A DNA stretch of 64,000 bases from Phoronis australis (Eukaryota; Animalia; Phoronida), in assembly GCA_002633005.1 (NCBI GenBank), contig NMRA01000007.1, positions 944,362 to 1,008,361 on the forward strand, given 5' to 3'. Position 1 is the stretch's first letter; every line of letters starts with the position of its first letter. Below are positions 40,308 through 52,100 of this stretch, in pieces. The notes under the pieces were generated by a model. The model made no database searches, had not been told where the DNA came from, and saw nothing but the letters and a program-made list of their open reading frames with translations. A program made the position numbers and the translations under genes.

Positions 40308-40640
40308 GGACACACGAATATATCACGATTAGTCACCTTCTTAATCCAGTTTCATCTCCGCAGCTTCAGCTCACTACTGTTAACCACCAACCAGTTTTCT
40401 CCCCAACCCCCAAATCTTGCTCCATCAACAACATGTTTCAGTGGAATCAAGCATTCCTCATCCATTTAGCCATCTACACCACCCATCACCCACATGAAGC
40501 ACCTCATCTTCCAAAGTTTTGTCACACCATACTCTCCATCACTCATCATTTTGGCTTTGCCCCCATGTTCTACAATCAATAGTTTCGTCAACTTCTCTCA
40601 ACTACCCCTGTTCAATGGGAAGCCACCAATGTAGTAGGAT
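40308..40640 (+). mobile_element. DIRS/Ngaro-like gag fragment (short copy)
   Basis: SINNMFQWNQAFLIHLAIYTTHHPHEAPHLPKFCHTI...FYNQ*FRQL.....WEA resembles the tyrosine-recombinase retroelement gag pattern I...W..AF..Y..IY...HP.....L..Y...I.......YD..FR.......W. Confidence 0.7.
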
Positions 40641-43600
40641 TGAGGTCACCCATTCAAGTTGACCTGATTGACACGCAGCATGCTCCAAATGGCAAGTAAA
40701 ACTTCATCTTTCGTGTTAAAGACCATTTTTCTACATTCCATATTCTTTTTCTCTTAGAGTACAAGACTGCGGATGAAGTTGCCAGGATGCTTGAGGAAAG
40801 AATGTTCGCATACCTTGGTCTTCTGACTGTAATACATTCAGACAACGGGAGAGAATTCAATGCATTGCTGAGGGACCTGGCACGAAAGTGGGTCAACACC
40901 ACCTTTGTGAATGGGCAACCACGCCATGTAATATGTCAAGGTGGTGTTGAAGTGGGCAATAAGTTTGTGGAGCAGAAACTTGCCAGTGATGGCAGAATAT
41001 GACCCAGCACCATTCTTATGAACGTTGTGGCTTGGGCGAGTGATGTATACCATGAACAACCAGGTTTGTGAGACAACGAAAAAGTCACCATTCGAGGTAA
41101 TGTATGGCAAGAGAAACAAAAACTCCATTCCATCTTTTGTAGGTGTTGTTAACGAACAAGATCTTTATAACAGTGTTATGCAGCCCAGAACCAAGCCTTT
41201 CCAGTTTAATATGGGTCTAACATATGGTGCGTCACCTAGTGCATTTTTTGTGTATGTGTATATAGATTCCATTTTTTCACTGTTGTTTCATAGGATGCCA
41301 AGATGACGTAACTTGTCCAACTACAGGGTGCTCATTCCAAAAGAGTGCATGAGCAGTCCCTTCATGCTGGGTACAAGGTAAAAGAGATCATGGGCAGGGA
41401 CTTCACAGGTGTGCTGCGCACATTTGTTAAAGAATTTTGCAGAACGAGTTCCACTTGTGAAAAGAGTGAGCTCCAGTCCTGTTGTCTACCTTGATCGCCT
41501 ATCGTGGAGAACTGCCCGAGGTACCCCATGCAAGTTGACCTGAGAATGGTTTATAGACAAACTGAAACGTCGATCAATATGTCAGTGTTTACATATACAG
41601 TGACTTTAAAATTCGTACTTATATTTTGGGCAAAAACAAAATTAATGTGATCAAGTTGACCGGATCGACATGCAGCAAGCTCCAGATGACAAGTATAACT
41701 TCATCTGTCATATTAAAGGCCATTTTTCTAAATTCCATATTCTTTTTCACTTAAGAGTCCAAGACTGCATATAAAGTTGCCAGGATACTTTAGGAAAGGG
41801 TGTTCACGCACCTTGGTCTTCTGAGAGTAATACATTCAGACAATGGGAGAGAATTCAAGAATGTATTGCTGAAGGACCAAGCACAATAGTGGGACAACAC
41901 CACCTTTGTGATTGGGCAACCATGCCATGCAATATGCCAAGGTGGTGTTGAAGTGGGCAGTAAGATTGTTGAGCAGAAATTTGCCAAAGTGATGGCAGAA
42001 TATGACCCAGCACAATTCTCATGAATGTTGTGGCTTGGGCGAGTGATGTATGCCACGAACAACCAGGTTTGTGAGACAACGAAAAAGTCACCATTCGAGT
42101 TAATGAATGGCAAGACAAACAAAAATCACATTCCATCTTTTGTAGGTGTTGTTAACGAACAACATCTTTGTAGCAATGTTAAGAAGACCAGAACTAAGCC
42201 TTTTCAGTTTACTACGGGTCTAACATATGGTGCGTCACCTAGTGCTTTTTTTGTGTACGTGTACATACATTCCATTTTTTTCACTGCTGATTTATATGAT
42301 GCCAAGATAATGTAACTTGCACAACTACAGGGTGCTCATTCCAAAAGAGTGCATGAGCAGTCCCTTCGTGCTGGGTACAAGAAGGTAAAAGAGATCATGG
42401 GCAGGGACTTCACGAGTGTGCCACGCATATTTGTTGAAGAATTTTTCAAACGAGTTCCACTTGTGAAAAGAGTGAGCTCTAGTCCTGCTGTCTACCTTGA
42501 CGGCCTATCGTGGAGAACTGCCTAAGGTACCCAATGCAAGTTGACCCAAGAATGGTTTATAGACAAACTGAAACGTCGATCAATATGTCACTGTTTACAT
42601 ATGCGCTGACTTTAAAATTTGTACTTATATTTTGGGCAAAAACAAATGTGATCAAGTTGACCTGATCAACATGCAGCATGCTCCAGATGACAAGTATAAC
42701 TTCATCTTTCGCGTCAAGACCATTTTTCTACATTCCATATTCTTTTTTTTTTTAAGAGTACAAGACTGCATATGAAGTTGCCAGGATGCTTGAGGAAAGA
42801 ATGTTCGCATACCTTGGTCTTCTGACTGTAATACATTCAGACAACGGGAGAGAATTCAATGCATTGCTGAGGGACCTGGCATGAAAGTGGGTCAACACCA
42901 CCTTTGTGAATGGGCAACCACGCCATGTAATATGTCAAGGTGGTGTTGAAGTGGGCAATAAGTTTGTGGAGCAGAAACTTGCCAGTGATGGCAGAATATG
43001 ACCCAGCACCATTCTCATGAATGTTGTGGCTTGGGCGAGTGATGTATACCATGAACAACCAGGTTTGTGAGACAACGAAAAAGTCACCATTCAAGGTAAT
43101 GTATGGCAAGAGAAACAAAAATCCATTTCAGCTTTTGTAGGTGTTGTTAACGAACAAAGTCTTTATAGCAGTGCTATGCAGCCCAGAACCAAGCCTTTCC
43201 ATTTTAGTACGAGACTAACATATGGTGCGTCACCTAGTGCATGTGCATGTGTATATAGATTCCATTTTTTCACTGTTGTTTCATAGGATGCCAAAATGAC
43301 GTAACTTGTCCAACTACAGGGTGCTCATTCCAAAAGAGTGCATGAGCAGTCCCTTCATGCTGGGTACAAGAAGGTAAAAGAGATCATGGGCAGGGACTTC
43401 ACAGGTGTGCTGCGCACATTTGTTAAAGAATTTTGCAGAACGAGTTCCACTTGTGAAAAGAGTGAGCTCCAGTCCTGCTGTCTACCTTGACGGCCTATCG
43501 TGGAGAACTGCCTGAGGTACCCAATGCAAGTTGACCTGAGAATGGTTTATAGACAAACTGAAACGTCGATCAATATGTCAGTGTTTACATATACAGTGAC

Positions 43601-44972
43601 TTTAAAATTCGTACTTATATTTTGGGCAAAAACAAAATAAATGTGATCAAGTAAAACTTCATCTGTCATATTAAAGACCATTTTTCTAAATTCCATATTC
43701 TTTTTCACTAAGAGTCCAAGACTGCGTATGAAGTTGCCAGGATGCTTCAGGAAAGGGTGTTCACGCACCTTGGTCTTCTGAGAGTAATACATTCAGACAA
43801 TGCGAGAGAATTCAAGAATGCATTGCTGAAGGACCAAGCACAATAGTGGGACAACACCACCTTTGTGAATGGGTGACCACGCCATGCAATATGCCAAGGT
43901 GGTGTTGAAGTGGGCAGTAAGGTTGTGGAGCAGAAACTTGCCAAAGTGATGGCAGAATATGACCCAGCACCATTCTCATGAATGTTGTGGCTTGGGAGAG
44001 TGATGTATGCCATGAACAACCAGGTTTGTGAGACAACGAAAAAGTCACCATTCGAGGTAATGTATGGCAAGACAAACAAAACTTCCATTCCATCTTTTGT
44101 AGGTGTTGTTAACAAACAAGATCTTTGTAGCAATGTTAAGAACACCACAACTAAGCCTTTCCAGTTTAGTACAGGTCTAACATATGGTGCGTCACCTAGT
44201 GCATTTTTTGTGTACGTGTACATACATTCCATTTTTTCACTGTTGATTTATATGATGCCAAGATAATGTAACTTGTCCAACTACAGGGTGCTCTTTCCAA
44301 AAGAGTGCAGGAGCAGTCCCTTCATGCTTTGTACAAGAAGGTAAAAGAGATCATGGGCAGGGACTTCACGGGTGTGCCACGCATATTTGTTGAAGAATTT
44401 TTCAAACGAGTTCCACTTGTGAAAAGTGTGAGCTCTAGTCCTGCTGTCTACCTTGATGGCCTATCGTGGAGAACTGCCTAAGGTACCCAATGCAAGTTGA
44501 CCCAAGAATGGTTTATAGACAAACTGAAACGTCGATCAATATGTCACTGTTTACATATGCGCTGACTTTAAAATTTGTACTTATATTTTGGGCAAAAACA
44601 AATGTGATCAAGTTGACCTGATCAACATGCAGCATGCTCCAGATGACAAGTATAACTTCATCTTTCGCGTCAAGACCATTTTTCTACATTCCATATTCTT
44701 TTTTTCTTAAGAGTACAAGACTGCATATGAAGTTGCCAGGATGCTTGAGGAAAGAATGTTCGCATACCTTGGTCTTCTGACAGTAATACATTCAGACAAT
44801 GGGAGAGAATTCAAGAATGGATTGCAGATTGCTGAAGGACCTGGCACAGTAGTGGGACAACAGCACCTTTGTGAATGGGCAACTATGCCATGCACAATGC
44901 CAAGGAGGTGTTGAAGTTGGCAATAAGATTGTAGAGCAGAAACTTGCTAAAATGATGGCAGAATATGACCAG

Positions 44973-45816
44973 TTCGTTCTTTTTACCTCTTAGCCTAGCC
45001 ATTAAGTTGATGGCATGTTGTTTCATAGTTCCATTTTTGCTCCCTTTACTCTTTCCTTTCAGCATGCCACGACAATCAACCAGAAAAACTCCTCGCCATA
45101 TCAGACTCGTCGACCATCTCACCAAGAGCCACCCGTCATCCACCTCAACTGTAACTTCGAATCTCCACATGCATTTACGCAGCAATTTGACACTTCGCGA
45201 CGGCTTACGGGACTTACTCACCAACAATCCACCTCAGCCTTTGGAGACATCAACCTAGCCAACCATCAATAACACGGAGATTCCTTCAACTGTTCACCAG
45301 ACTACACTTACGCCAACCGTCCTCACCTCCACATCACCGAGTATGTCTTCATTGGCTACAGACATACCCCCATCACTGGAACACCATATGCCACCCATCG
45401 AAGGAATCCTTGACGCATCTGTCCATACCTCCCAGGCTTTGGGCTTCAACTTGGACACCTAAACGAAAAACCTCATGTGGACAGACCAATAAGTCAAATT
45501 TAGTCACCTTCTTAATCCAGTTTCATCTCCGCAGCTTCAGCTCACTACTGTTAACCACCAACCAGTTTTCTCCCCAACCCCCAAATCTTGCCCCATCAAC
45601 GTGTTCCAGTGGAACCAAGCATTCCTCATCCATTTAGCCATCTACAGCACCTGTCACCCACATCAAGCACCTCATCTCGCAAAATTTTGTCACACCATAC
45701 TCTTCATCAATCATCATTTAAGTTTTGCCCCCGCCATGTTCTATGATCAACAGTTTTGTCAACTTCGCTCAACTAACCCTGTTCCTTGGAAAGCCACCAA
45801 TATCGTGGGAACAGAT
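44973..45816 (+). mobile_element. DIRS/Ngaro-like gag fragment (long copy, with Ser/Thr/Pro-rich N-terminal part)
   Basis: MPRQSTRK... low-complexity region, then GFNLDT*TKNLMWTDQ*VKFSHLLNP...QWNQAFLIHLAIY...FYDQQFCQLR...PW. The 3' ~320 bp are near-identical to 40330-40640. Confidence 0.7.
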
Positions 45817-45870
45817 TGAGGTCATCCATGCAAGTTGACCTGATCGACATGCAGCATGCTCCAGATGGCA

Positions 45871-46010
45871 GATGACGATGGGCGGAGAATATAACGACCG
45901 AAACGTCGTGACAGTGTAAATAGACTAGAGGTCAGTGTAAATAGACCAAGAGATTTTAATAATAGTTGTAATGCGCCACCATCTCAGAGCGGTTTCAGAA
46001 AGTCAAAAAA
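45871..46010 (+). mobile_element. ~140-bp insertion resembling a Penelope-like element terminal fragment
   Basis: Interrupts the host sequence gatggca|agtaaaac. Begins tgacgat-gggcg..cgacc-gaaacgtcg (hammerhead-like motif typical of PLE termini) and ends in A6. Confidence 0.55.
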
Positions 46011-47880
46011 CAAGTAAAACTTTATCTGTCATGTTAAAGACCATTTTTCTAAATTTCATATTCTTTTTCCTTTAGAGTACAAGACTGCGTATGAAGTTGC
46101 CAGGACGCTTGAGGAAAGAATGTTCGCAAACCTTGGTCTTCTGACTGTAATACATTCAGACAATGGGAGAGAATTCAAGAGTGCATTGCTGAAGAACCTG
46201 GCAGAGTAGTGGGACAACACCACCTTTGTGAATGGGCGACCACTCCATGCACAATGCCACGGTGGTGTTGAAGTGGGTAATAAGATCGTGGAGCAGGAAC
46301 AACCAGGTTTGTGAGACAACGAAAAAGTCACCATTCGAAGTAATGTATGGCAAGAAAAACAAAAATTCCATTCCATCTTTTGTGGTTGTTAACGAACAGG
46401 ATCTTTACAGCCCTACTGACTATTGTTGTTCCACTGTCACCGAGTTGCCAGACTTGGCTGATTAACCTGCTGCATCACTGACAACTCCGACCAACAGCAA
46501 GACACCAGACATGTGATCCATTCGTGCTTCACCAGCCAGAAACATGAACCCTGCTGGTACTCCAGGTACAGACACCAACACATAAAACTCCAGACACCCT
46601 GAGCAAGCACCCAGTTCAACTTCTCACCCGGATAATAGCAGCACTTCTCAGTTCATTTCAGGTATGGTGAATACAGACTGACATAATAACTTCACCTGAA
46701 TCCTTGTCGCATAAGAGAGCAAAGGTAAGGCATGAAGCTCCCGCAGCAACTTTGAACAATGCCACAAGGATGAAAGAAAGGTACAAGAAGTTTGGTAACA
46801 ACATCTGCGAATTTCGTGTAGGAGACAACATGACTGTAGGACTCCCACAAGCTCACAGGCCAACCTGTGAGATGAGGCGTCTTCCGGCCAAGAGCTACAA
46901 GGCCAGTGGAAATGCCCATGTCCAATACAGGTTAGTCACTCCATTTGGTATTGTCAAAGGATGCTTCTGGGAAGGCGACTTGGCACAGTACCATGGAGAA
47001 ATCAATTCGAATATGGACAAGACAGTGACATTAAGGGAAGTAGCTGGGTAGGCTAATCCAAACACTTCTTTTCTTATCAAAAATGCAAGTGGCAAGGCAG
47101 TGTATCACCAAAACATGTCGCTGTCTCAAGAACAGTGTACCCTGCAGTACACACTGCCATCCATCCCACACATGTAAGAATGCTAGTGACTGATTTGAAT
47201 CCAATACAATCTCAACTTCATACAAGTTCTGCAAGAACTCCGACCTTGCCGAAATAAAAAGGCATAACACATGGTTAAAGTGTAATTTGCAAGGTCCAAG
47301 TATGTTCAATTGCAATAATATATTCAATGTATTGCTATTTGGATGTGTTTTATTCAAATTATAGTATTGTTTCTTTGGTTATTTTAAAAAACGAAAATCC
47401 GCGAAAAGTTGATCTTTGACACCGTGACATGGTGTTGGGGAACACAAACTAGATCATATCACACAATGCAGTTCACCGCCATTATATCACAGTACACGAC
47501 GAACAAAAACCGTTCAAACTTGGCGTGTGCGCTAACTATTTTAACACCACCCAGATGGAAGGCACGAGCTCATTTAAATTCCCAAGACAAGCATCTGGCC
47601 GTCGGAATTGTTCGGCAAAAATCGGTGAAATACGCACCACCAGTGTATGTGATCATCTGCATTCTATGATCGTTCGTCAGCGGGAGGCATCGAGTCAGAG
47701 AATGAATGTACATTTTAAGGGAGAAATTGGAGAGGCTTGCATAACATGCTGAGAAGGATGCGTTACGACTCTACGGCCTTTTTTGTAGACAGTACCTACG
47801 CTGGATCCTCCATGATTTCGTTAAGCAATCTGGGATTTTCAGTTTTCACGACCTCATATTTCAGAATTTTTGCCAGGTTC

Positions 47881-48003
47881 CTGGAGAAGGCACTGATAAT
47901 AGACTTACTATTCAAAAGAAGTGCTATAGAATTGGTTGGTCCTATAACCCTACCCTCAGAGGATAATCGCAGATATATTTTGACAATAGTTGGTTATGCC
48001 ACT
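47881..48003 (+). mobile_element. Gypsy integrase fragment
   Basis: LEKALIIDLLFKRSAIELVGPITLPSEDNRRYILTIVGYAT matches the P.ID.PF.R.A.DLVGP..PS....RYILT.VDYAT pattern. Confidence 0.8.
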
Positions 48004-49186
48004 GTGGAACACAGAGGGCGCTAGTTATCATTGTTGCTGAGAGGTGAAAAGAGAAACATAGATGGTGGACAGGACCAAGGATTCAAAGAGCCAACTAGGA
48101 GCAAATCACAGCTTCCTACAAGAGCGGAGAATTTGGATGAGCAAGCGTTCAAAAAGAGAATGGATAAGACATTTAAGAAGACGACAGACAAGGAGCGACA
48201 AGTATATCTTGCCTTTGTCAGGCCAATAGTCATCTCAGTATTAAGATGACATGGGCACTCACACTATTCTTGAATACACACTAAGGCATCTTCAGCACTC
48301 CACTACTTCATGGAGGCTGATGACACGATTCTCAGCTGCTCTCCGATTGGTGTTTTTTACCAAACTTCAAACTGCATGACCAAACACTGCATAACTTTTG
48401 AACCAGTTAACAAGTTTCGTAATGTCTAGCAACAGGTCCACACTAGCAAGCATGTATTAGATGACTAAATCAAAGTTTGGTCAGATTTTGCTCAACAGGA
48501 ACGTGCTAGGTACTGGCGTCAACTGAGTCTACAGGATAACTTAGTTAACAAGATGTACCAGTGGAAAACAACAATACAATTTTGCTTAACATTTTTACAA
48601 GTAAGCAGCAGCCCTCCCTACTGGGGACTCCGAGGGAGATGAATGTTGCATACAAATTATCGCAACAACATCGTGGCTTGCAAGGTAAGCTTCCAACCAA
48701 ATTACGTGAACAACTGCATGACAAGATACCCTTCTTATGAACTGAAATCATGGGCAATGAATACTTAATTTCAATTACACCAAATTGTTGAAGCATCCAA
48801 AAAGGCCATTCCTACTTTTCAGACAGCCTAATACTGAGCAGAACGAGTATTTCTCAATTCCATCAACTAGGATTGACAACAGGTGTCAGCAGTGAGATTG
48901 GATCTGTCAGTAGTGTAGCCATAACGTAAAACACCATGTTCCAGTTAAACTGCTACCCGTCTTATTACAGGTGACAGCATTTCATTAACATGAAGGCTTT
49001 GTTATAACTGTAAATGAATCACATCTCAAAATCGATAACTGTTTTACAACCACACAACAAAAAGAGACGTCAGAGATCTACAACAGATTGAATGCTCACT
49101 GCCACCTGTCTTCAACAAGTGACACCTATTCCACCACGTATAACGTTAAGTAACAAGACGAGTGTTACTTGAGTGATGTTGGCACC

Positions 49187-52100
49187 TCAGTCGGTCTCCA
49201 GCTGTGATGTAAGCTGCTCAAGGTCTTGAAGAATGTTCTCAACTGGTTCTGAAAAGCAAGAATTCGGGTAAAAAGGAATTATGAATACACATCAAGAATA
49301 AGTCAGTTACTACTTAAAGCCCAACTTTAGCGAAATTTTGTTATTCAGATGTAAATGTAAGCCCATCAAATGATAGGTGAAGCTGCCTTTTCGTGCCATG
49401 TTGCGTCACTGCGAGATCCCAGCACAAACAACAAAAGGTTGAATAGAACACCATTGCGTGCAGGTGTTATTCGCAGCTGTTTGAATTAAAAAGTGAATCT
49501 CAAAAAGCGAATCTCGCCGTGACGTAGACAAAAGCAAGCCCATACGCCTAACAGTTCGTTACATTTGGCAATTTATTACACTAGTGGGCTCAGAGCGATG
49601 CTCTTAACATACTGTACGAACCAAATTTACAGGTGTTACCGTTCAAGGCAGGCTTTAATACCAAACACACACAGTCACTGGCTTCCTCAAAGGGAATGTC
49701 GTCTACATGAGCACCAACAGTTTAATAAATGGCAAATCAAACTGCCAGCTAATACTCAAACCTCGCTGGTTCCCTGCGTGCCGCTAGGTGGGGCGGTAGC
49801 CGCGCCAGCACGCGGGTATCACTTAATTTTCATCAGAAAATTTTTTTACACCGGCGTTTCTGATTGGCTGGTCGAATTCTCAACAGGGAGCGCTTTACGC
49901 AAACAAACTGGCATGACTGATGAACTGAAGTGTAAATGTGGTCTGTTGTACAGACAAATCGGTGCGTAAAATTTATGTTCAGGAAATGTGAAGCCTAGAA
50001 ATTGTGACTGCGCCTTTTCGGAATGCATCTTTCTACTGTCGATGACTTGTTTACCATACTGTCCTGTATCCATACAGTGTGAATAACACACCTGTTAAAA
50101 GTCGACCAGAGTGTTTATTGTACATGGATGTGCTTCAAGCACGCGGCTATTAAACATCCCTGCAGAAACGAAACAGTTGCTGCTGCAACGCCACTTGCAT
50201 GACAATGCTAAAAATCGTTCACAGTCCGCCAGTTTTTCACCAATGACTGCTGAGGTTACATCAACCAATGCTAAAGCACGTGCCACTGCGTGATACCTGC
50301 GTGCTGGCTATGGCCACACAGGGAACCAGCGAGATACTCAAACTTGCAACAAAATGAACATGGCATGCTTAGGTGACACCAATAACTCTAGCTGTCAAAA
50401 ATTGGCAAATTTCAGAGCAAACAATTTCGCCTAATTACTTCCCCGGATCTAATCTTTTAACTCACAGTCGAACTTGAAATTATTTTGTTGTTCAGTTCTA
50501 TGGTGCGAGCTCAACATAAAATGTCTAGTATTCTGTGCTTGAGTTTACATGGATAACTGAGTAACTTAATGTTGCACTTGAAGACCTCAGCATCGAAGCT
50601 ATGAGTCAGAGTCTCAATTCGAAACCTCGAGTTTTTGCTTGAAATCTCGAGTTTCCACTCTAGTTTGAAGCTTGAACCTAAAGTTTGCCAAATGTGAATT
50701 TGGACTAGAGTGGTATGCAAAATTCATAACATACTCAAAAAATAAAAAAATAAAGAATTAGTTTACAATCATGTTAAAGGAGAACGGAAATGGATCAAAT
50801 ATACTTTTGAGTTTGATTTTGAGTAAAAAGATCAGATCCCTGGCTTAGATTGGCACAACTGCAAAATTTTAGGATCAAATTGTGTCAACATGCCTAAGTA
50901 CCTTGCTGAGTGTCACTCTGCCACACAGGAGGTCTGAGCAATTGGGAGTTATCTCCCGTCTCATCCACCACTGGAGCAGGTCGACGAGACTTGAGCTTGT
51001 TGAGCAAGCCTTCTTGTCGTATGGTTGACTGGAAGAAATACAGAGAAACAATACAACAACGTTCAAGATGAAATCTCAAAAACGCTGTTACAGTTTTCTA
51101 AATTTTCATTTGGTTTTAAGATTCATAAAAAATTTATAGGTCCTATTTTTGATAGCCCTCATACAAAAGTGGAACATTTTAAAAACAATTCCAAACAGCC
51201 TGAATCCTATCAGCCATTTCTGAGATATCATTTTACAAAGTTTGCCGAATGTGGTCACTTTGCGAGGGTCCAACATAATCTTAGAGCTGAGAATAACCAA
51301 AACACTTAGATTGTCAATACAAAAGTTTTTGCCATTTTATATTTATTTTAATTAAAAAAAAAAAAATAATACAGAGTACAATGACATTACGTACTAGTTC
51401 TTTCCAAGTTACATGACCTTTTAGAGTATCAAAACCAGCATTGACAAAGGAAATTTCTAAACATAACCATGTGTTAGAAAGTGTCTCTATCTTTGGAAGA
51501 AATATGGCTTGGCTAAGCTACGGAACTTGTGGAGAATTATCACATATTATTGCACGATCACTGATGTTTCCATGCTCTGATTGTATGAAAAATGGAACTG
51601 TAACATCCGACATGGCGTAATATTGACCAATTAATAATATTGACCAATTAATAATATTGACCAATTAATAATATTGACCAATTAACTGTGGAACATCATT
51701 TTCCTTCACAGCACCCGGACAACAGATGTCACTACTTACAATCTGAGCGATCAGATGTTATTGAAACTATAAACCCTGACCACAAAGCAAGACGACAAAG
51801 TCAGTACACCAAAGGAAGTAAGAACAAGATCTAATAAGAGACAACAAAATCAAAGGAAAGATACATCAGCGGTGATGCAATAAGATAAGTATGGACCGAT
51901 CCCTCCAGCGAATTGGATCTTATGGACCTCAGAGGAGACATATTGGCCGATACCACCCTCAAGAACGGTCCATATTTGTGTAATATACTAAACAAGCTAC
52001 CAGCATTAAATTCTTCTCTGCTTCCATGTTCTTAAGAAGCTTCTCTTGCCGGCTCACTAAGTCTTTGTAGTAATCTTCTACTGACTTCAGGTGCTCTGCA

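Larger units (their letters stand above)
39170..47429 (+). mobile_element. Degenerate Ginger2/TDD-type (KRBA2/SCAND3-like integrase) DNA transposon with 7-fold tandem amplification of its catalytic core
   Basis: HHCC-like HEESLHAGYKK...GVPRTFVEE.CRTSSTC; core QVDLIDMQ..PDGKYNFI..KDHFSKF, IHSDNGREF (7 copies at 40060, 40835, 41833, 42834, 43790, 44789, 46153), QGGVE.GN, SPFEVMYG. One C-terminal part at 46704-47193 ends in CITKTCRCLKNSVPCSTHCHPSHTCKN*, with AATAAA at ~47253. All copies carry stops or frameshifts. The right end at ...ccgtgaca (47429) is tentative. Confidence 0.85.

Noticed and set aside
39987-46376. Recurrent minus-strand ORFs (MVTFSLSHKPGCSW..., GDFFVVSQTWLF...)
   Set aside because: Antisense shadows of the repeated integrase unit, not a gene family.
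39170-47193. Functional KRBA2/SCAND3-like domesticated gene or gene cluster
   Set aside because: Every copy has stops and frameshifts (e.g. gaatatgacc, caatagtggg), so no intact DDE frame remains.
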